A DNA stretch of 64,000 nt. It comes from Opitutales bacterium. Lineage in GTDB: Bacteria > Verrucomicrobiota > Verrucomicrobiia > Opitutales > Coraliomargaritaceae. This document shows, piece after piece, positions 42,213 through 52,856 of the stretch; within the stretch, counting starts at the first letter, position 1; each line of letters opens with the position of its first letter. The notes beneath the pieces are model-generated. The model did no database searches, was not told where the DNA came from, and saw only the letters and a program-made list of their open reading frames with translations. Where the stretch lies: the NCBI GenBank assembly GCA_049611425.1, contig JBMZAN010000006.1, positions 9,478 through 73,477 on the forward strand, written 5' to 3'. The translations under genes were made by a program, and so were the position numbers.

Positions 42213-42721
42213 GGTTGGCTGAGCTCCGGATGTGCCGCCTCTTCTTTCAGTGCTGCGATCTGGTCTCGATATTTGGCAGCGTCTTCGTAGGCCTCCTCGC
42301 GAATCGCACGCGCGAGCGCGTTTTCGAGCGCCTCCAGCTCGGCATGGGCATTTTGCCGGCTCAAGGCAAGTTCCGGGACTTTCCCCTTGTGAATGGTCCC
42401 GACGTGCATGTCCTCCAGGACCGGTCGGAGAAGCGGCGCGAACACCTCAAAACAAGTCGAGCAACCCAAACGGCCCGTGCGGCGAAAATCGGCGGTTTCC
42501 AAGCCGCAGTCCGGGCAATGCAAATTAGGTTCCTCGTTCTGCTCGCTCACATTCGATTTGGTCAACAAATCGGCAAGCGAGAAGCCTTCCGGATCAGTCA
42601 CACCCTTCGCCTGCGCACAGGACTCGCAGAGGTCCACCTTGATGATCTTATTGTTCACGATCTGCGTCAGGTGGACAGTTGCATCCTTGTCGCAATTGCT
42701 ACACTTCAAATTCTCTGCCAT
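42209..42721 (-). CDS. mcsA: McsB activator with Zn fingers and UVR domain
   Basis: Four CxxC motifs, GRLGC, HKGKVP, EAYEDAAKYRD; ATGA overlap with mcsB. Confidence 0.92.
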   Translation of the reverse strand: MAENLKCSNCDKDATVHLTQIVNNKIIKVDLCESCAQAKGVTDPEGFSLADLLTKSNVSEQNEEPNLHCPDCGLETADFRRTGRLGCSTCFEVFAPLLRPVLEDMHVGTIHKGKVPELALSRQNAHAELEALENALARAIREEAYEDAAKYRDQIAALKEEAAHPELSQP

Positions 42722-42825
42722 CTTTGCTCTAAAATATTGATGTTCTGATAGATCGCAAAACTTATCTGCACATTACTGCACCCTAGCCTCGGATCATTCT
42801 ACTTTCACTGCATCTCGACAGCCAG

Positions 42826-42843
42826 TGGCACGAACTGTGCCAA
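42826..42843 (-). promoter_or_regulatory. Palindromic sigma54-like site upstream of mcsA
   Basis: TGGCAC-N5-GTGCCA; the minus strand reads TTGGCACAGTTCGTGCC, which has GG-N10-GC spacing. Confidence 0.55.
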
Positions 42844-42875
42844 GTCGCACGCTTTACCGGGCGGGACCACCCAAG

Positions 42876-43742
42876 TTAGAGCATCGTCCCCTGGCGGGAG
42901 ACCCGCTGGCGAAAACTGTCGAGGAATTTTGTCGTGATCGGGCCGGGCTTTCCGTCACCAATCGGACGGGCGTCAACCTTCACAATCGGAATGATTTCAG
43001 CGGCTGTTCCAGTAAGAAAAAGCTCATCCGCAATCCAAATATCGTAACGGGTGAGATTGGCTTCGCGCCAGGCAATACCAAGCTCTTCCGCAATCGAAAG
43101 CGCGGTATCCCGCGTGATTCCCTTGAGGGCACCCGCACTTGCAGAGGGCGTAATGAGTTCACCCTTGTGAATGACAAAGACATTATCACCGGTACACTCC
43201 GCCACATAGCCTTGGTCATTGAGCATGATCGCCTCATGGTATCCCAGGTGTTGCGCCTCGATCTTCGCCAATATGTTGTTGAGATAATTGAGCGACTTTA
43301 CTGTGGGTGGTAGCGCAGCCGAATTAATCCGACGGGTCGGCACAGTAATGATTTCCAGACCTTTGACGTAGAACTCGACGGGATAGAGCTGGATCTTATC
43401 TGCGATGATGATCAGCTGCGGTTTGTCGCAATTCTTGATCGAAAGACCCAGACTGCCCTCGCCCCGCGTTACGACGAGGCGGATGTAACCATCTTTTAAA
43501 CCATTCGCCCGACATGTCTCGCAAACCGCGTCGGCAATTTCCTGACGCGTCCAGGGCAAATCCAGCATGATTGCCTTTGCCGAATATTCGAGACGCTCAA
43601 GGTGCTGCTCCAACTTGAATACACAGCCGTCATAAAGACGGATTCCCTCGAAAATGCCGTCGCCGTAAAGCAGACCATGGTCAAAAACGGAGACCTTCGC
43701 CTCGGCCTGATCGACCAATCTGTCGTTCATGTAAATCTTCAT
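42876..43742 (-). CDS. ilvE: Branched-chain amino acid aminotransferase
   Basis: FDHGLLYGDGIFEG, YIRLVVTRG, KSLNYLNN, ECTGDN, GITR, GTAAE. Confidence 0.95.
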   Translation of the reverse strand: MKIYMNDRLVDQAEAKVSVFDHGLLYGDGIFEGIRLYDGCVFKLEQHLERLEYSAKAIMLDLPWTRQEIADAVCETCRANGLKDGYIRLVVTRGEGSLGLSIKNCDKPQLIIIADKIQLYPVEFYVKGLEIITVPTRRINSAALPPTVKSLNYLNNILAKIEAQHLGYHEAIMLNDQGYVAECTGDNVFVIHKGELITPSASAGALKGITRDTALSIAEELGIAWREANLTRYDIWIADELFLTGTAAEIIPIVKVDARPIGDGKPGPITTKFLDSFRQRVSRQGTML

Positions 43743-43823
43743 AAAGGTCGGGATAATGAACGCTTGGACGTATTTGTCTAGTCCTCAACTTCGAAAGCAG
43801 AGTACCATTGGCCAATCCATGGA

Positions 43824-45788
43824 TTAGGCTTGCTCGTATTGGCGCTGCAATTCCTCGACAATGCTTGGATCAGCCAGCGTGGTGGTATTGCCAAGCTCCT
43901 TGCCCTCGGCGATGTCACGCAGGAGACGGCGCATAATCTTACCGGAACGTGTCTTCGGCAAATCATTCGAGAACAAGATACGCTCCGGGCGGGCGAACTT
44001 ACCGATACCCTTGTCAATCATCTCAACAAGCTCCTTGCGAAGATGATCATCGTGCTCACGGCCCTGAATGACAGTGACGAAAGCAATTAAGCCCTGCCCC
44101 TTGATCTCGTGCGGCACGCCGACCACGGCAGATTCGGCCACGTCCTTGTGCTCTACAAAAACGCTTTCCAACTCCGCCGTGCCGATGCGGTGACCGGAAA
44201 CATTCACAACGTCGTCGACACGGCCGAGAATCCAAATGTAGCCATCCTCATCACGGCGCGCTCCGTCGCCCGGGAAATAATACTTGCCATCCCATTTGCA
44301 CCAATAGGTGTCCTTGAAGCGTTGCGGATCGCCATAGATCCCTCTCAAAATGCCGGGCCAGGGCTTCTTAATCGCAAGAATGCCGGCGTCGACCTCTTCG
44401 CCCTCATCGGTCAGGATTGCGGCATCAACGCCAAAGAACGGAACCGAAGCACAACCGGGCTTGGTCGCCGTAGCACCCGGCATCGGTGTGAGCATGTGAC
44501 CGCCGGTCTCCGTCTGCCACCAAGTGTCCACGATAGGACAGCGCTCGGACCCAATCATCTTATGATACCACATCCAAGCCTCCGGATTGATCGGCTCGCC
44601 CACCGTCCCCAGAAGGCGTAGACTCGAGAGGTCGTATTTCTCCGGCCATTGATCACCCCACTTCATAAAGGCACGGATCGCGGTCGGCGCGGTGTAGAAA
44701 ATTGTGGCACGGTACTTTTCGATAATGTCCCAAAAACGTCCCTGATCCGGCGTATCGGGTGCGCCCTCGTAAACGATCTGCGTGGCGGCGTTTTGCATAG
44801 GGCCGTAGACGATGTAGCTGTGACCGGTGATCCAACCCACATCCGCTGTGCACCAGTAAACATCCTCAGGCTTCAAGTCGAAAATATACTTCGAGGTCAG
44901 GTAGGTATAGACCATGTAACCGGCCGTTGTGTGGATAATACCCTTGGGCTTACCGGTCGTACCACTGGTGTAGAGAAGGAAGAGCATATCCTCCGCTTCC
45001 ATTTCTTCACAGGGGCATTCTGCGGATTGACCCTCCACCAGGCGATGATACCAATGATCACGGCCTTCGACAACCTGGCATGGGAAAGGATCATCCTGTG
45101 CACGTTTCACGACGACCACATCGGTCACGCTGTCTGCACCCTCAAGCGCCTCGTCGACAATGTTCTTGAGCGGCAGGACGCGCCCGCGGCGCCAGCCACC
45201 GTCAGCCGTAATCACACACTTCGCGCCCGAGTCATTCACGCGATCGCGAATCGAGTCGGCAGAAAAGCCGGCAAAAATAACCGTATGGACGGCACCGATG
45301 CGGGCACAGGCAAGGACAGCAAGCGCGAGCTCCGGAACCATCGGTAGGTAGATGGCGACACGATCCCCCTTCTTGATGCCAATCTGCTTCAGGCCATTCG
45401 CGAACTTGCAAACCTCGCGGTGAACATCCTGATAGGTCAACACGCGCGTCTCGCCCGGCTCGCCTTCCCAGATAATCGCTGCCTTGTTGCGATTCGGACC
45501 GTCGAGGTGACGGTCGACACAGTTGTAACAAATGTTTGTCCGGGCTCCCGAGAACCACTTGAAGAAGGGCGCGTCCGACTCGTCGAGAACGGTGTCCCAT
45601 TTCTTGAACCAGTGCAGGTCCTGTGCCGCTTCCGCCCAAAATGCTTCGGGCTCGGCAATGCTCTTCTCGTAGAGCTCTCGATAAGCTTCGGCGCTGCCAA
45701 CGTAGGCCTTTTCGGCGAAATCAGGCTGCGGTTCAAACGTACGGTTCTCCTGCGAGACCGACTCCATTGAGGAATTTTCTTGTGACAT
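43824..45788 (-). CDS. acs: Acetyl-CoA synthetase
   Basis: [50 protein letters not shown]. Confidence 0.96.
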   Translation of the reverse strand: MSQENSSMESVSQENRTFEPQPDFAEKAYVGSAEAYRELYEKSIAEPEAFWAEAAQDLHWFKKWDTVLDESDAPFFKWFSGARTNICYNCVDRHLDGPNRNKAAIIWEGEPGETRVLTYQDVHREVCKFANGLKQIGIKKGDRVAIYLPMVPELALAVLACARIGAVHTVIFAGFSADSIRDRVNDSGAKCVITADGGWRRGRVLPLKNIVDEALEGADSVTDVVVVKRAQDDPFPCQVVEGRDHWYHRLVEGQSAECPCEEMEAEDMLFLLYTSGTTGKPKGIIHTTAGYMVYTYLTSKYIFDLKPEDVYWCTADVGWITGHSYIVYGPMQNAATQIVYEGAPDTPDQGRFWDIIEKYRATIFYTAPTAIRAFMKWGDQWPEKYDLSSLRLLGTVGEPINPEAWMWYHKMIGSERCPIVDTWWQTETGGHMLTPMPGATATKPGCASVPFFGVDAAILTDEGEEVDAGILAIKKPWPGILRGIYGDPQRFKDTYWCKWDGKYYFPGDGARRDEDGYIWILGRVDDVVNVSGHRIGTAELESVFVEHKDVAESAVVGVPHEIKGQGLIAFVTVIQGREHDDHLRKELVEMIDKGIGKFARPERILFSNDLPKTRSGKIMRRLLRDIAEGKELGNTTTLADPSIVEELQRQYEQA

Positions 45789-45989
45789 GAATTAGGGCTT
45801 AGGTGGTGGGATTAGAAGGCGGTAGGCCGCATTCCAAGTAGAGCTTTCAGCCAAATATTTCAACGCGCATGGTCAACGTATTTCACCGGAAAACGCCGGA
45901 ATGCGTTTAAACCTTGAAAGCAGTTGACAAGGGAAGCGCGCAGACGCATCACAAACTGTTTCTCGCCTGGCTGACTACGCCGCTTAAAC

Positions 45990-47765
45990 ATGGAAAATTT
46001 TGCTGATCAATGCCTCGACATGGCCCAGTCTATTCTGGGACAAAACCTCAGTTCCATCGGGGAACAAGGTACCATATCACCCGTATCCGGCGAACAGAGC
46101 CGAATCGACGAACCGGGCCACGCCGCACTTGCCATTGGCGAGTATTTTCGCGCGACAAACGAGACCACACTTGGCGGCCACGACCTGATCGACCTCTCTG
46201 CACGCGCCATTACTGCACAGGCCTTCGCACCTGAAGTACAGGAGAATGGCTTGGCCTATGCAGCGCTCGGCCTCCTCTCGTTCAGCCCGGCCAAAGATCG
46301 CAACCCGGTATGGGAGCGACTGATGGATCCGACCCGTGAGCAACTCGACAAACTACTTCTCGAACGCAGTGATTACGAAAACCACTATCAGGTCTTCAAC
46401 ATCGCCAAAGCGGTGACTCGCTTCAGTCTCGGCCTGTCGAAAAAGGACGAAACCGGCCGCCTCATTGACCGCTTCCTCGAACGTATAGACGCTAATTCTT
46501 CGACCGGCTATTTCGACGATGCGGGTGGTGAAGCGTCCCGACTCGACGGTTGCTTCGACATCTACGGTGTCCTCAGCTTTGTCTTCATTCGTCAAGCGCT
46601 CCAGCTACATGCCAACATTCACCTCCGTGAACGAAAGCTCCCCAGCCTGCGCACATACTCTGAGAAATACCTGAAGCTCATTCCTGACATTGCCCGTCAA
46701 GACGGCACGGGTTGGGCCTTTGGACGTTCACTGGGTGCTTATGGCCAGATGCACTGCATCAGCCTCACCCTTCAGGCCCTACGCGATGGCTGGGTGTCCG
46801 ACAACCAGCGCGACCTCTATATCGATGCGGTGCGACGCCTCTTCATGAACTTCTTCGTCACCTATCTCGACCAGGAGCATGGTTACCTCGTCATCCGCGA
46901 CGACGAACGCAGCACAGTGCCTTACCACACAACACGGATGGCTAACTTCGACGCTGCCCGTTATCTTTGCCAGTGGTCCCGCCTCGCCCGCGCAACCGGT
47001 GGCAGCGCCGCGCCATCGAGCCCGGTGCCACCACGCAAGGTCGCCCGCTATGTCAGTTTCGATAAGTCCCACAAGAAGGAACAAGGTCTCTTTGTTTATC
47101 AGGACCCGGATAGCGGCCTCGCATTCCAGCTTCCCTTGATCGCGTCGAGCCAACTGGGTAAAGGCACATCCGGCTACCTCGCATTTCCACACTCGCCCGG
47201 TATCTTCGACTGGCCTGTTGATAAATACCTGCCAATCATGCAGCCGGAGCTCACCTTCGGCGACAAGGTCATCGTTCCGTCCTTCTACGGGAAGAACGTC
47301 ACCACCAGCATGGGCCTGCGCAATGCACTCAATTTTAAATACGACCAGCCTGAACTCATCACTAAAGACGAAGAATTCGTCAACGGTCTTGGCAGCTGCA
47401 AAGTCACGTGGTCGTTCAAGGGCGGCAGGATCACCTGTGAATATTGCTTTTCCGTCAAGCAGCAGACACAGCTCGACAAGATGCGCTATATTCTGGCCAT
47501 CGCCGCGCCACACAGCAGCTACCGAGTCACGACATCATTTACACTCGGCCCCGAAGGCCACCGCACAGAGGTGACCAAAGACGACTTCCAGGCGCAATGG
47601 AAGGAACTCGACACCGTCACTGAAAATCCCGAGTACCGCACCTATTATGGGAATATGCACTACCTGCAGGTTCTTGAGCGCGACCACCCGCTGGTCATGC
47701 GCCCCGGCCAGCAGTATCGCCTGGCCCTCTCCTTTGAGCCAGACATCGCATTTGCGGATGAATGA
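45990..47765 (+). CDS. Hypothetical 591-aa protein, possibly a distant DUF2264 (GH154)-like helical-barrel protein
   Basis: Long ORF with strong codon bias; GYFDD..FDIY and DGTGWAFGRSLG motifs; family call is inferred. Confidence 0.75.
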   Translation: MENFADQCLDMAQSILGQNLSSIGEQGTISPVSGEQSRIDEPGHAALAIGEYFRATNETTLGGHDLIDLSARAITAQAFAPEVQENGLAYAALGLLSFSPAKDRNPVWERLMDPTREQLDKLLLERSDYENHYQVFNIAKAVTRFSLGLSKKDETGRLIDRFLERIDANSSTGYFDDAGGEASRLDGCFDIYGVLSFVFIRQALQLHANIHLRERKLPSLRTYSEKYLKLIPDIARQDGTGWAFGRSLGAYGQMHCISLTLQALRDGWVSDNQRDLYIDAVRRLFMNFFVTYLDQEHGYLVIRDDERSTVPYHTTRMANFDAARYLCQWSRLARATGGSAAPSSPVPPRKVARYVSFDKSHKKEQGLFVYQDPDSGLAFQLPLIASSQLGKGTSGYLAFPHSPGIFDWPVDKYLPIMQPELTFGDKVIVPSFYGKNVTTSMGLRNALNFKYDQPELITKDEEFVNGLGSCKVTWSFKGGRITCEYCFSVKQQTQLDKMRYILAIAAPHSSYRVTTSFTLGPEGHRTEVTKDDFQAQWKELDTVTENPEYRTYYGNMHYLQVLERDHPLVMRPGQQYRLALSFEPDIAFADE

Positions 47766-47838
47766 TTGAAGTGGATCGTTGAAGCTTGGAATTGAGCGCT
47801 CTCCACACCATTAAAGGAACAAGCGAACAACACACAAC

Positions 47839-48600
47839 ATGCTATCCGTCCGTATCATCCCTTGTCTGGATGTCCATGCCGGACGCGTCGTTAAAGGCGT
47901 CAATTTCGTCAACCTGATCGACGCAGGTGATCCTGTCGAACAAGCCAAGGCTTACGAGAAACAAGGCGCTGACGAACTCGTCTTCCTCGACATCACCGCC
48001 TCCAGCGACGAGCGCAAGACCATGATCGATGTGGTCGAACGCACTGCATCCGAGTGCTTCATGCCGCTCACCGTCGGCGGCGGCCTCCGCAACCTCGACA
48101 ACATCCGTGACATGCTCAACGCGGGCGCCGACAAGCTCAGCCTCAACACTGCCGCCGTGCTCAATCCGGACCTTATTTCGAAGTCCTCCGCTAAATTCGG
48201 GAATCAGTGCATCGTCGTCGCCATTGATGCCAAGAAGATCGAAGGCGAAAACCGCTGGGAGGTCTACACCCATGGTGGACGTAAGCCAACCGGCCGCGAT
48301 GCCCTCAAATGGGCCGAGGAAGTCGTCGACCGCGGCGCCGGGGAAATCCTCCTCACCAGCATGGATGCCGACGGCACCAAGGCTGGCTACGACAACGCAC
48401 TCAACCGGGCCATTTCCGAAGCCGTGGAGGTGCCGGTTATCGCCTCGGGCGGCGCCGGCAAGCTCGACCACCTCGCAGACGCCCTGAAAGAAGGTAAAGC
48501 GAGCGCCGTCCTCGCCGCATCCATCTTTCACTTCGGGACCTACACGATTCAGGAAGCCAAAGAATACCTCCGCGACCAAGGCATTCCCGTTCGCCTGTAA
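47839..48600 (+). CDS. hisF: Imidazole glycerol phosphate synthase cyclase subunit
   Basis: [48 protein letters not shown]. Confidence 0.97.
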   Translation: MLSVRIIPCLDVHAGRVVKGVNFVNLIDAGDPVEQAKAYEKQGADELVFLDITASSDERKTMIDVVERTASECFMPLTVGGGLRNLDNIRDMLNAGADKLSLNTAAVLNPDLISKSSAKFGNQCIVVAIDAKKIEGENRWEVYTHGGRKPTGRDALKWAEEVVDRGAGEILLTSMDADGTKAGYDNALNRAISEAVEVPVIASGGAGKLDHLADALKEGKASAVLAASIFHFGTYTIQEAKEYLRDQGIPVRL

Positions 48601-48744
48601 GACTGCTCTTTGCTCGTTTCGTATGCTGCGATATTGATCAACCGACTCGCCGAAGAGAACGACTACTTCTCATGCCAAAGCCTCCACCTATGTAGGGCCT
48701 TATCGCTGTCGATCGTTTAAGTCTCCACCGATCATTTTTCACCA

Positions 48745-48894
48745 ATGGACTGGGACAAGTGCAACTTTAAGAAAATCGGCCAACGTCAGGCCGAATCCAA
48801 GCGCTGGGAGGCACGCAAGGAGGCCGATGACAAGCAACTTACGCGCAAAGGCAGCAAGAGCCAGCCCTCTAAACGCAAGAAGCGGAAGCGATAG
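48745..48894 (+). CDS. Small basic protein, 49 aa (below the ORF-track cutoff)
   Basis: MDWDKCNFKKIGQRQAESKRWEARKEADDKQLTRKGSKSQPSKRKKRKR; mostly G/C-ending codons; sits in the hisF-menD gap. Confidence 0.6.
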   Translation: MDWDKCNFKKIGQRQAESKRWEARKEADDKQLTRKGSKSQPSKRKKRKR

Positions 48895-48904
48895 GACGCC
48901 TCCC

Positions 48905-50653
48905 CTACCCACAGGAAAACAATCCACGCAGCCTGCCTGCATCAGCCTTCCTGCTGGTCTGTATTTCGAGCACACGCAGGCCATTTTCAGGTAATTCTGA
49001 AATCGCCTTCTCCAACATATCCCAATTCTGAATACAGGTGTGACCGACGCCATGCGCACTGCAGAGCACCTCAAAATCGACCGCCTGCGGTGTCGCGAAG
49101 TGCGTTTCAAAGGCTTCTTTTTGCTCGGAAACAGGCAGCTGTTCAAAAATACCACTACCTTCATTATTAACGACGAGGATCGTCAGGCTGCCCCGCATTT
49201 GATTCTGGGCAAGCAGACCATTGCTATCGTGCAAGAAAGCCAGATCACCTGTCAGTAGAATTGCCGGGCGGCCACCATGGGCCACGCCCATCGCCGTGCT
49301 CAGCGTCCCGTCGATACCGTTTGCACCACGATTACAATAAATCGAGACCGCACGATTGCCAGGCTTCCAGAAATACTCGCCGTAGCGCACACTCATACTA
49401 TTGGCCAGAAAAACCGAAGCGCCAATCGGCGCGTGCTGCGAGAGCAACCAAGCAAGCTTTCCCTCAAAGGACGCATCCATAGCCTCCAGGCTGGCGTCTA
49501 GCTGATGACGCATGGTCGACTCGATTGCCTGCCACTGTTCTGCCCACCTGTCGTCGGCTTTCTGGCGCGGGAGCAACTTGGCCAAAGCATGTGCGTCGCC
49601 ATACAGCGGCGTCGCCACTTGATGCAGTGGATCGGTGTTGTCGCCGAGACGTGTTAACAGGAAGAAGCTCGCATCCAAGGCCTTTAACCAGCCCCGCAGC
49701 ACCTGACTCGTGGGCAGGTTACCGATCTGAAGCACCGCGGTCGGCTCCAGTGAGTCGGCGATTTCTGCATCACGCAAAAAGGCATCGTAGGTCGTCACCA
49801 AAGCGCCAATCTCCCCGGCATGATTCCGTAGTGGATTGAGCACATCTGCGAGTACGGGCCAGCCGAGCTTGTGCGAGAGCATGGCCACTGCATCCGCAAA
49901 AGCCTCATCGCCGCCCGGCGGATTCTCTGTGCCCACAACGATGATCCCTTTCGGATGACTCATCAGTCGTTCCACCGCAACGGTGTCAAAGCCGCTGACC
50001 GTAGTGACTGCTTCAACCGGGCGCGTGATCACCGTCGCCGCCTTCTCCAGAACTGCCGCTGAGCAAACCGGCTCGGCACCAGCCCCGGGTGCGAGCGGAT
50101 CGCGAAACGGGAAATTCAAATGCACCGGTCCGGGCACAGGCTGCAGTGACTGCGTCAGCCCATGTACCAGTGTTTGCCTTAGGTAAGCAAAGCGCCCTAC
50201 TTCCGGCAGTGCGAAATTATGAAAGTAACGCACGTAATCGCCATATAGCTTAAGCTGGTCAATTGTCTGCCCCGAGTGGCAAGCCTGCGACTCCGGAGGA
50301 CGGTCTGCGGTCAGCAACAAGAGCGGGGTGCCGCTCATCGAAGCTTCAACTACTGCAGGCATATAGTTGGCCAGCGCCGAACCGGAGGTGCACACCAGCG
50401 CAACAGGCCGGTGCGTGCGCTTCGCCAGGCCCAGTGCGAAGAAACTCGCAGATCGCTCGTCGAGAATGCTCAAGGCTTCAAGTTTCGAGTTCCGAACCGC
50501 CGCAAGGGTGAGTGGTGTCGAACGCGAGCCGGGAGAAGTCACCACTGTATGCACACCAAGCCGAGCGAGCACTTCCATCGTCAATGCACCCCATGCCGCA
50601 TTCACATTCGAGCGCGACAGCGCATCAAAAATATCTCTGCCCGTAGATTCCAT
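48905..50653 (-). CDS. menD: SEPHCHC synthase (menaquinone biosynthesis)
   Basis: SPGSRSTPL, DERSASFFALG, CTSGSA, TADRP, NRGANGIDG, GDLAFLHD. Confidence 0.95.
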   Translation of the reverse strand: MESTGRDIFDALSRSNVNAAWGALTMEVLARLGVHTVVTSPGSRSTPLTLAAVRNSKLEALSILDERSASFFALGLAKRTHRPVALVCTSGSALANYMPAVVEASMSGTPLLLLTADRPPESQACHSGQTIDQLKLYGDYVRYFHNFALPEVGRFAYLRQTLVHGLTQSLQPVPGPVHLNFPFRDPLAPGAGAEPVCSAAVLEKAATVITRPVEAVTTVSGFDTVAVERLMSHPKGIIVVGTENPPGGDEAFADAVAMLSHKLGWPVLADVLNPLRNHAGEIGALVTTYDAFLRDAEIADSLEPTAVLQIGNLPTSQVLRGWLKALDASFFLLTRLGDNTDPLHQVATPLYGDAHALAKLLPRQKADDRWAEQWQAIESTMRHQLDASLEAMDASFEGKLAWLLSQHAPIGASVFLANSMSVRYGEYFWKPGNRAVSIYCNRGANGIDGTLSTAMGVAHGGRPAILLTGDLAFLHDSNGLLAQNQMRGSLTILVVNNEGSGIFEQLPVSEQKEAFETHFATPQAVDFEVLCSAHGVGHTCIQNWDMLEKAISELPENGLRVLEIQTSRKADAGRLRGLFSCG

Positions 50654-50658
50654 TATGC

Positions 50659-51372
50659 CTAAAGAGAGATCAAATCCCTCAATCGCGCAAGTAAGGTTTC
50701 AGCATCCGCCGAATCCGAGTGAACACAAAAGGTATCTGCCTCCAACTGAATGGCGACTCCATCAGCCGTATCGATCAAGCCACTACGCTGCCATTTCTGG
50801 AAACGCGCCTGAGCCGTTTCCACATCCAAAACCGCCCCGGCACAGGAGCGATGGAGCAATTGACCGTTAGCGAGGTAAGCTCGGTCAAAGAATGCTTCAC
50901 GCCACATTTTGAGACCACGCTTCTCAGCCTTGGCTTCCAGGAGACCACCTGCAAAAACAAATACGCCCAATTCAAAACTCAGGCTCGAAAGCAGCTCCAC
51001 ATAGGCATCCGCATAAGTTTCATTCTGTTCGACCGCATGATACAAGCTGCCATGCAGCTTGACATAGTCGATCCGGACTTCGACCTCGTCAGCCAGTGCA
51101 ATGCAACGAGTCAACTGCGCCGCCATAATATCACGAAACTGGGCTGGGTCCGGCAAGTCCTGCCCTCGCCCCCCGTCCATAGCCAGCCCGGGGTGCGCAC
51201 CGACCAAAAGATTTTTGCCCGCCGTCATCTGCAGCGTTGTTTTCGTTTTTGCCAAACTACCGGCATGCACGCCGCAGCAAACATTCGCTGCATCCACCAA
51301 ACCGAGCAGGCGCTCCGTCCGCTCATCCGCCTCGTTTTCACCGAGGTCGCAGTTCATTAGAATTCGGCCCAT
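50659..51372 (-). CDS. pxpA: 5-oxoprolinase subunit A (LamB/YcsF family)
   Basis: NCDLGE, ANVCCGVHAG, GAHPG, YVKLHGSLY, DRAY, DTFCVHSD. Confidence 0.88.
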   Translation of the reverse strand: MGRILMNCDLGENEADERTERLLGLVDAANVCCGVHAGSLAKTKTTLQMTAGKNLLVGAHPGLAMDGGRGQDLPDPAQFRDIMAAQLTRCIALADEVEVRIDYVKLHGSLYHAVEQNETYADAYVELLSSLSFELGVFVFAGGLLEAKAEKRGLKMWREAFFDRAYLANGQLLHRSCAGAVLDVETAQARFQKWQRSGLIDTADGVAIQLEADTFCVHSDSADAETLLARLRDLISL

Positions 51373-52211
51373 TGAAAATTAAGCTGTGTTCCCGGAGCGC
51401 ATTGAGCAAGCCGATCCCGGTCCGCATCGCAGAGGACGGCAATCTTCGGGTAGCCCCCAACCGTCGGCCCATCCACCATCGTCACTATAGGCTGCCCATT
51501 ACCGGTAACTTGAAAACTCCCGGGCAAGACAGGCTCGCTCGGGATCGAATCCGGCACCTCAAGACCCGCACCGTCCAGCCGATAGCCCGTCCTGTCAGAA
51601 CGTGTTGACACGGTCCAGGCCGAGGCGATCAAGGCATCTTTCGCCGCCCCGGAAAAGTGGTCAAACTGTGGCCCGGGCAGGAGATTCAAGGTCGCTGTAG
51701 CCGCATAGCCGCAGCGCGCGTCATCGGCTAAAACACGCCGCACAACACCTGAAGGGCTCCGATTGGACTCGGCACACTGGGGGGCCAGACATTGGCCCAC
51801 TTTGAGTGCTCCTCCCAAACCATTACGCGCATCCACAGACACACTACCGAACCACCGTTCCGCCACAAAGCCACCCGGAACCGCAAGATAGGTGAAGAGC
51901 CCCGCAGCCTTTTTTGTAAAAGCAAGCACCTCACCCGCTTTCACTTCGCGAGCCGTCCATGCCGACACGTTTGCACAAGCGTCTGCGCCGGCGACCGCCA
52001 CCCAAGTGTCCTCTAGCACTTCGATCGATGCACCTCGCAACAGCAGTTCCAGTACCGGTGCATCCCCACGGTTGCCCAGCAAATGATTGGCTGCACGCAG
52101 CGCGCGTCGATCCATCGCGCCACCCGGCGGCACGCCGTAACGCCGCCAGCCCACTCGCCCCGCATCCTGCAATGCGATTCCTGAGCCCAGTGAACGTATC
52201 TCGAGTGACAT
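51357..52211 (-). CDS. pxpC: 5-oxoprolinase subunit C (AHS2/KipA family)
   Basis: LQDAGR, GVPPGGAMD, YLAVPGG, SDRTGYRL, DGPTVGGYPKI; TAATG coupling with pxpB. Confidence 0.88.
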   Translation of the reverse strand: MSLEIRSLGSGIALQDAGRVGWRRYGVPPGGAMDRRALRAANHLLGNRGDAPVLELLLRGASIEVLEDTWVAVAGADACANVSAWTAREVKAGEVLAFTKKAAGLFTYLAVPGGFVAERWFGSVSVDARNGLGGALKVGQCLAPQCAESNRSPSGVVRRVLADDARCGYAATATLNLLPGPQFDHFSGAAKDALIASAWTVSTRSDRTGYRLDGAGLEVPDSIPSEPVLPGSFQVTGNGQPIVTMVDGPTVGGYPKIAVLCDADRDRLAQCAPGTQLNFQWAEF

Positions 52212-52849
52212 TAACAAATGGCTTGAAAACGAAGCCGGTCGCCCGGCGAAAATAGAAATACATCTCCGGGATGCGGATCGGCGGCCCGAGCAGCGTCAGG
52301 ATTAAAAAGCTGCACTTCGGTGCGCCCCAACAAATGCCAGCCTCCCGGACTCGCTACCGAGTAAATGCCCGCATGAGGCCCACCGATCGCAACAGAACCG
52401 GGCTCGACGCGGTCACGCGGCGAATCCATCCGCGGCAATCGCAGGCGCTGATCCAAGCCATCCAAATAAGGAAAGCCCGGAGCAAAGCCCATCATCCGAA
52501 CCGTGTAGATCGGTGCGCTATGCCGCTCGATAAGCTCCGCAACACTTAGGCCTGCCTGCTCAGCCACCGATTCAAGGTCCGGCCCATCATAGGTGACCGG
52601 TATAACGCGCACAGGCGAGCGGAAGAGATTAGCCGGACCTGCCTGGATTCCATCCAACCAGCCCCTCAGGACATCGGTCTCAGTGGGCTGACCGAAGATG
52701 AAGAGTACCGTATCATAGCCTTCAACATACTCGAGGCAAGCGGGCGGCCGCTCCCTGGACAAATCCCGACAAAGCGCCTCTCTGGCAGACGCAGATAGAT
52801 CGTAGGCCAGGATGCTGTTTTCGCCGTAGGCCTTGAGCGAGACCTGCAT
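52211..52849 (-). CDS. pxpB: 5-oxoprolinase subunit B (AHS1/KipI family)
   Basis: IPVTYDGPDL, GFAPGFPYL, GSVAIGG, SPGGWHLLGRT. Confidence 0.88.
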   Translation of the reverse strand: MQVSLKAYGENSILAYDLSASAREALCRDLSRERPPACLEYVEGYDTVLFIFGQPTETDVLRGWLDGIQAGPANLFRSPVRVIPVTYDGPDLESVAEQAGLSVAELIERHSAPIYTVRMMGFAPGFPYLDGLDQRLRLPRMDSPRDRVEPGSVAIGGPHAGIYSVASPGGWHLLGRTEVQLFNPDAARAADPHPGDVFLFSPGDRLRFQAIC

Positions 52850-52856
52850 GAGTGAA

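Noticed and set aside
47842-48579. Long antisense ORFs (also 7025-7732, 19975-20682, 44649-45347, 46779-47513, 59871-60665)
   Set aside because: Shadow ORFs opposite well-conserved genes, as expected from GC-rich codon bias
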